Assembly (NCBI GenBank): GCA_012295275.1
Contig: CM022669.1
Span: forward strand, 7,068,001-7,132,000
Direction: 5' to 3'
DNA length: 64,000 nucleotides
Source: Chrysomallon squamiferum
Taxonomy: Eukaryota; Animalia; Mollusca
Shown: positions 43,685 to 64,000 of the stretch, one piece after another
How the letters are laid out: each line of letters begins with the position of its first letter
Position numbering within the stretch: the stretch's first letter is position 1
Translations under genes and position numbers: made by a program
The notes under the pieces: generated by a model
Database searches by the model: none
Told to the model about the DNA's origin: nothing
What the model saw: the letters and a program-made list of their open reading frames with translations, nothing else

Positions 43685-45227
43685 ACACACGTTTAGAACA
43701 CAACCTAGCAACAAACATGCTCTTTGAAGGTCTTCAGTCAGCCTTCAGCAAGTTCCACTGGATCTAATTTGCTCTGCTCAAGGTACAGAATGACAATCTT
43801 CAATCCGTGGATAAAGATTGTGTGACTGTACTCGTTCATCTCGACCTGTCTGCTGCATTTGACACTATCGACCATGCCGCCCGCCATTACTCCGACACCT
43901 TGAACACCACTTCGCTATCTCGGGTAGACTTCTGGCCTGGATGAAGTCATACCTTACTGATAGGTATCAAACTGAGTGTGTTGATGGTGAACTATCTGCA
44001 CCTGTGCATATAGATTACAGCAAACCCCATCTAGGCCCGGTGAACTACGTCATGTATACCAAACTATTTGGCAAAATCTTCAGAGGCCATCAGTTGCAAA
44101 ACCATTTCTGTGCTGACGACACACAGTTATACCTGGCATTCAAACCAAAAGATTACAGCTTTCAAAAAGAAGCACTGGCCTGTATCGAAAGCTGTCTCAA
44201 AGACATCGAGACAAGGATGCATTGCAACATGCTGAAACTGAATGCTGACAATACCGAAGTGATGATATTGACTTCTAAACATACAGAATGACACCATATC
44301 AGTTACTGTGGGTGATGCCCCCATAACTTCGATACCATGTATGAGAAAAACTGGTGTTATATTTGATTCTTCACTGACTGTGGGGCATCATGTGAATGCA
44401 ATATGTCGATCAAGTTATACTCAGTTAAGGAAAATCGGTTGAATCAGGCAGTATCTGACCAGTGATGCCATACATTCACAAGGTGAATGGATTTGTGACG
44501 TCTCGACTGGGCTATTGCAATGGACTATTACATTGTTTGCCTAACACCTTGCTCAGCAAACTACAACAACGTCCAGAATACAGCAGCGTGCACTGTAACC
44601 AGGACATCACGTCACAGTCACATATCATCTGCACTGAAGGATCTCCACTGACTGTCTGGCCACTATAGGATAAAATACAAGCTCCTGGTCCATAGACACA
44701 ACCCTTTGAAAGATCGTTCCCCAGAGTTCATCAAAGACATGCTGGAATCGTAAAGACCAAGCCGGACTCTGCGAGCACAGAATTCATTAAGATTAGTAAC
44801 ACGAAGAATAAGAACAACCACATACAGCCAAAGATGTTTCAGTCGTAGTACACCGACTTTGTGGAACTCACTCCCAAGAAACATTAAATAGGCTGAAACA
44901 ACAGCTACATTCAAAACTCTACTAATAACCCATTTCTTTCAAATCCACTTTGTTAATATATACTTATCTTTTATTTTTCCAATTTAAAAATGTTCAAGCT
45001 AGTCTGTTAATTATCTTATACAATTTTGAAATGTGACATTTATTTTTACCACCAGCTTAACATGTTCAACCATTATTTATACATTTATTTTAATACGTTT
45101 ATGTCCAGTGTCTTTTTAAATTTTAGTTTATTAGTTTACACTGTAAAGCGCCCTTGGACATACTTAGAATGGAAAATGTGCGATATAACACTAACAACAA
45201 CAACAATAATAATAATAATAATAATAA

Positions 45228-45258
<31 letters not shown>

Positions 45259-45290
45259 AAGAAGAAGAAGAAAAAGAAGAAGAAGAAGAA
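43685..45290 (+). mobile_element. 5'-truncated, degenerate L2-clade (CR1 group) LINE with RT domain, 3' tail and microsatellite end
   Basis: Broken frames give [43 protein letters not shown] (YADD box), LKLNADNTE and SRLGYCNGLL. The 3' end TGTAAAGCGCCCTTGG...GCGATATA at ~45142-45188 is followed by (AAC)(AAT)(AAG)n, as is typical of L2 tails. Confidence 0.9.
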
Positions 45291-46262
45291 CTGTAATTAA
45301 TTTATTTATTAAAACCAGCTTTCTAATCTACACGTTCGTCTGATATTTAACTTGAATATTCGTTAGAAACTTTCTCTTTGTGTTTATACCCAGTAACGTG
45401 ATTATTAATGAAAAATAATAATTATAACGACGAATAAAATTACCTAATATACAGATAGTATTCGTTATATAACTCTAGTATCATCTCTCTAGTTATCTAA
45501 TATTTTATTTTATTTGCGCAGCTGTGGTAACAAGAAAATAAGTCGGAGAAGAAAACACATTTGGCCATTAACCTTTGATCTATTTTTAACAGCGAGGGAT
45601 CGTATAATAATTTATTATCCAGAACCAAAACCAGTTACGTTTTCTCATGACGTATGCCACAGCAATACCGTGAAAAATTAGAACAACAAATATCCGTTTA
45701 ACAATGGTTTAAATTACAAATACGCACTTTGTCCCTTATGCCGACACACGATCTTCTAAAGTAACCAGTCAACGTCATTTTGAAAACGTGCTATAATAAG
45801 CTGTGACATAGTTATAAGTATGCTAAGAATATGGAAGATAGGATGAACTGATACATGCAAGACACAGAAAATAAAAGGTAAATAGGTTGGTCTCGTTATT
45901 ATTCACACTGAAAAGCCTTAGACGGCATCCCCATGATAATAGAATTATGATAATGAACACTCCCTCAACTTTAAACTACCTACAGATAGGCACGCATGCC
46001 AGCACACTAATACATATACTGCGCCTGTTTGAATTAAAAAAATATAAAATAAATTAATTAATGGTAGTAGAAGTGGCAGCTACAGTAGATGTAGTAGCTA
46101 CAATAGTAGTAGTAGTAGTAGTAGTAGTAGTGATAATAATAAAAAAACTTTCTTCTTTTATTTTTAGAAATGGGCAAAAAACATTACTAGTTGATTTTCT
46201 GATGAAATATTTAGTAATATTTAAAAAAAAATAATTATATTAACGATTTTGAATATTTTCTC

Positions 46263-46425
46263 TCTTATGTACATCTGATTAGACTGTACATAGACAGTAT
46301 ATGGGAACTCACTGGCGCATGAGGACAAAGTCCAATCACGACCTCACAAACCCCGTCAAATGCCGCTGACGAGACTCGAACGTATGGCACCTCTTCGCCT
46401 GCTCTCCGAAGGCGGACGACGTTAC
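46263..46425 (-). mobile_element. Probable tRNA-derived SINE with a truncated 5' end
   Basis: A GC-rich island whose minus strand reads GTAACGTCGTCCGCCTTCGGAG...CGTTCGAGTCTCGTCAGCGGC, containing a Pol III B-box (GTTCGAGTC). The A-box region is replaced by a (TACA)n array. Confidence 0.5.
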
Positions 46426-46441
46426 ATATGTGTATATATAC

Positions 46442-46472
<31 letters not shown>

Positions 46473-46664
46473 TGTATGTATGTATGTATGTATGCATGCA
46501 TGTATGAAGCATGATATAGGAAAGAATTAAGTCAAAAATAAAAGAAAATAACAATTCGAGAAAACAAAGATTTTCATTTATTTAACATTCAGATACAAGT
46601 AAATAATAATCACAATTAACTGTTAAGCGTTTTATAATTTTGAATGCTGTGGGGTAATTATTTT

Positions 46665-46714
<50 letters not shown>

Positions 46715-46749
46715 TTATAATAATAATAGTAGTAGTAGTAGTAGTAGTC

Positions 46750-46804
<55 letters not shown>

Positions 46805-47616
46805 TTAATAATAATCCACTGCTATTCAGATGCGACCCAATGGCGTAATTACAAAGAGTTACATCCCTTATATTTATTTGTCAGGCGCGCTATCGATTGT
46901 AAGTTACATTTATGTATTTATGCACAAAATCATACATTAATAGCATATAAACATATATTTGCGCGACTATACAAACACAGATTACAATGAACTAAACCAA
47001 ATCAGCACTGAACTGATGAAATAACAAATGCCCTAAACAGATCAATTTATCGCTGAAAATAATTTCAGAATTATTTAGATGAAGAGATTCGCAGTAGATT
47101 TGTAACCCATTAACAACGCTCCAACCCCCCCTCAAAAACAACAACAAAAAAAAACAACCGCACATATAATTTAAATGAGTTTCACATTCAGGAATACTAA
47201 TACTCAACAGAAAATATTTATCTTTTAATATACAAATTACAAGACAAATTTATGTCCAAAGATTAAAAAGACGATTAACAGAATAAGGGAGATAACTCTC
47301 GAGATACTATAATACTCGAAGTTGTGAAGGAAACGATGTGATACATGAAATTAATATCTATACATTGCATTTCTGCGTAATAAAAAGTTATCAGACAAAC
47401 TGTACGACTAATAATACAGGATTACATAGATACAAACAACATTATCATTTATAGATAGATCTAACATTACATCATATTCTTTACTTAATCTTCTGTTGAT
47501 TATAAAGCATTGTATGTAATTATACATTTCTGCATGAAGGTATTAACATATTAATTTATGTATGTATGTATGTATGGATGTATGTATGTATGTATGTATG
47601 TATGTATGTATGTATG

Positions 47617-47650
<34 letters not shown>

Positions 47651-48917
47651 GGTATGTATATATGTATGTATGTATGTGAGTATGGCAATAATGGGGCATG
47701 ACTTCGAGAGGCGGATCCAAAATTTAATTATGGGAAATCCCATCGTTGACATGGAAATAAGTTACAAGAATAATAATTATATAAATGTTATATAAAGCAG
47801 AAAAATATCGATCTGCCAAAAATATGGATCCGAGATTTACTATATATTACTGCAGATATTAATCATTACTATGCATATTTAGACAAGAATATATTATATG
47901 TACATACATACACACATACATATTTATTTATATACGTAGGTATAAATATACATATATTCATGAAAATACAGTATGTATGTATGTACGTATGATATACAAT
48001 TATGTTCGAGCATACAAACATAGCACTGTTTCTCCTACGCATGCACACACACACATATACACGCACAACCCCCAAAAAAACACACGTACCAAGATCAAAC
48101 TCTCACTCAAAATATTATTAATCGTCATAACAATCATTTGCTTTCAAGAATGTACCACGTAAACGTCTTTGCCAATATTAGCCCTGTAGTTTATACGAAT
48201 AAATATGTCATTTCCTGGTGCTCTATTTAACAAGTGTAAAATACAACTGACAAAATACAATTAAGAGGGGCTACGTTTCCCAAGACGAAATTTACTACAT
48301 CTGCTTTGAAATTTCACGCTGGTATTTTGAAATGTCGACTGATGCCACACTACAATAACATTATTACTATTGAAAGTGAGGCTGATACGACAACAAAATC
48401 GTGTTTGTTCAGACAAATCAAACAATTCTCGTGTGATCGTCATAACATTCACCTTGTCGTTATATCCTGCATTCAGTGTAGTGCAAGAACGATTAACAGA
48501 GAAGTGGCCTGTCCTACCACGTCGAAGTTCAGCTAAATGTTTTAAGGCCAGCTGATATTTGAATTTTTTATTTGCCATTCAAGCGATGCGACTACCTGGA
48601 CATAGGAATGAATACTGATGTCAGTGTTTATAAAATAACATATTTTTTAAAATTAGATAGATAACAGGATTATTAAAAAGCATTTCATTTATTTAGTTAA
48701 ATGACCATTATTATATTATTATTGCCAGTAAATAGATCAAAATAATTTTATTTGAATAGAAGCGTGATACTTGTACTTCTTTATAAAAATAAGGATATAA
48801 CATTCACGTACGAAGCAATATCATATTTAAATTTGATTAGTTAACTGACACTGGAAATAAATGCCCTGCCATCTCTGTTATATGAATGAACATATCTAGG
48901 TTTTTAACGACACCAGC

Positions 48918-48992
<75 letters not shown>

Positions 48993-49338
48993 ACACAAAC
49001 ACAAACACAAACACACACACACACACAAACATACACACACAAATAATGATTGCTATACTATGGTCGGATATTTCGTAAACAAAAAAGCAAAGCTTTAAAC
49101 GTCCAGTGGAAGCCAAACTTATTAACAAAATTATACAAAAAAAAAAAAAAAAAAAAAATAATAATAAAATAATAATAATAATAATAATAATCATAATAAT
49201 AATAATAATCAAAACTGATTAAAATTAAAGAAATGATTTACAAGTTCTAGCTGCTTATATAAGCAATCGTCAGACAAATTAAAGAATAGCCGCCTGCGCA
49301 AATTACCTTTCTGCAGCTACCTACAAAATGTTGTTGCT

Positions 49339-49391
<53 letters not shown>

Positions 49392-49429
49392 GTAATAAAT
49401 GAATAAATAAATAAATAATGCAATACGTT

Positions 49430-62112
<12,683 letters not shown>

Positions 62113-64000
62113 ATTTTCTGAATTCTGCCGAGCAGACGACAAACTAGTCAGTGTTCGGAAAGGTCCGTGGGTCTTGGACAGCGAGTGTGCCCAGGTATCG
62201 ATCAGTTGATCCACAAGAACGTAGCGTTTCCCCGCAGTCTGTGTAAACACATTACAGACAGTTTTAACAAGATTTCAGCTTCAAACAAGTAAAACTTGTA
62301 ACAGTTTCGGATAACGCCGGCAGAAAGCAGAAATATGATCTTCCCGGCGTCAGTCACCGACGACAGTTTCAGAGAATGTAGTGAGTGTCTCAGCAAAAAG
62401 CCAAGTTCGTCTGCTTTCCAGAAGTCTTTTTCAAAACGGATGTTCAAGAGAAACGTCGAAACTATTAATAGAACTATAATAGAAAATGCACTTTAAGTTC
62501 TTCTTCCTCTCTTTTTTTTTTTTTTCTTCTTTTTCTTTTTCTTTTGAAGACAGCTATGGTTTAGAGTGTGTACGTATTGTTAATAATTGAAGTTGTCAAT
62601 TTTACAGATTTCCGACTGCACCTTTTAAGTCAATTTTCGGCAATAATGTTTAAAGTAATTTAAACAAACGACGAGAAACGGGAATCAGAGCAAATGAAAA
62701 ATAAACATAAATCGAAAACGGAATTGGACCAGTAACAGCCTCTATGGATATATCTTGTTCGCGGACGGAGAAATGGATCGATATCTCATTTTATTATTGT
62801 ATATATTTGTCATGCTTGTGAATTCGTATGCAAATGACCTCATGGAATATTTACGGCATCCCGTAATGCAATGCGCGATACTTCTATTACTAAAAAAAAT
62901 TTCATAATCTATCCAGCCTCTGATAATAAATAAAAAATAAAATAAATAATAATAAAAAATGAAAACTAATTTTTCCGAAATCATAGACAATTGAGCAAAA
63001 TAAGGTTTTTCAAAATGAAAGCATCGGAACATAATATCATATAACATAACAAAATATGTAGCCGAGATATATGAATTAAGGTCTAATAAATCGTCACCCC
63101 ACTCCCATCAAAAAAAAATTAAAATAAAAAATCTTCTTTATTAGAAGTCGATCGTGCAATGCTGGTCGTAACGGAAAACAGCCTGCTGAGCTGCAGTCTG
63201 TTGGATGGACTCAGTTATCAAGGACATTCCTCCCGCAGGATTTAAAACCTGTTACGATTAGAAACGCAGATATCACTGAAATCACGTTGTCATGGTTACC
63301 ACTTTACACCCTAATAAAATTAATATTATTTGATGTTCATTATATTACGAAACAAAACTCAATAGCCCTGTTTCCACATGAAGCCAATATAATGTGACAT
63401 GCTATATGTCTATGGGGACAAACATCCCTTTTTTTCTTTCTTTCTTTTTTTTTTTTTTTTCCGTATTTTGTTTTAAATTTATGACAAAAAAGGGGGTGGG
63501 GGAACGAAAAGAAGAAGAAAAAAAGAAAACCTTTGAACTATAAATGAATTATAAAATTATAGATTCAGACGTTATTTTATATCTAAGAAAAGAGCATGGG
63601 TGTTAAATGTTAATTAATGTTTCAATAAAATTTCCCAGACCGGCAGACATTTTCCTTGTTAATAATAAACAGCTGCCGGTGAACTAGGTTTTTGTTCCTC
63701 GTGTATATTGCACCGACATGTTTGTCAAATATTGAAGGTATGTCTTTTCTTGTGTTCATACTAACGTTATATTGTTTAACTTTGTCAAGAATGTTTGTTA
63801 AATGAGCTTAGATATACAAAAAAACGTTTCGATAAATAGCTTTATATGAGAAAGCTGGCTTCTTCAAACGATCAAGATGATATTGTTGATACTATGTGAA
63901 GTTATCGCTTTTTTGATAGTGCAACAGTAGCAAAATCAATATTATATGTTGTTTTTTGTTGTTTTTTGCCGTCTTAGGCACCATGAATGTCGTTATCATC

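Noticed and set aside
47706-47833. GGCGGATCCA ... TGGATCCG inverted pair suggesting a Harbinger-type MITE
   Set aside because: The inverted match is only ~8 bp and I found no TSD.
48261-48578. Three overlapping ORFs (61-105 aa) in a GC-elevated block
   Set aside because: There is no recognisable domain and no splice links. It is more likely a non-autonomous repeat or part of the paralog's 3' region.

Overview
AT-rich, microsatellite-laden eukaryotic genomic DNA with GT-AG introns. The gene and repeat content suggests an invertebrate, probably a mollusc; this is an inference. I assembled four multi-exon genes by hand. (1) A 14-exon, 419-aa putative E3 ligase on the minus strand (27257->18028) with a RING-HC / coiled-coil / ubiquitin-like / UBR-box-like zinc-finger layout. 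(2) Head-to-head with it, a 6-exon, 166-aa sorting nexin SNX24 (SNX22/24 family) on the plus strand (28663->32280). (3) A 7-exon, three-Ig basigin/neuroplastin-family gene on the minus strand (43162->38093) with an apparent frameshift in exon 3. (4) Directly upstream in tandem, a three-Ig paralog with the same ectodomain exon plan (candidate exon 1 at 62112, then 53249->49430) whose last exon ends in a GPI-anchor-like signal instead of the basigin transmembrane and cytoplasmic tail. Transposon fossils include a Tigger/pogo derivative, a rosa/DD41D-like mariner, two hAT MITEs, an L2-clade LINE and a tRNA-derived SINE. No convincing coding gene was found in the first ~17 kb, only promoter-like motifs and candidate small exons. 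All coordinates and translations were read by eye and no database search was run.
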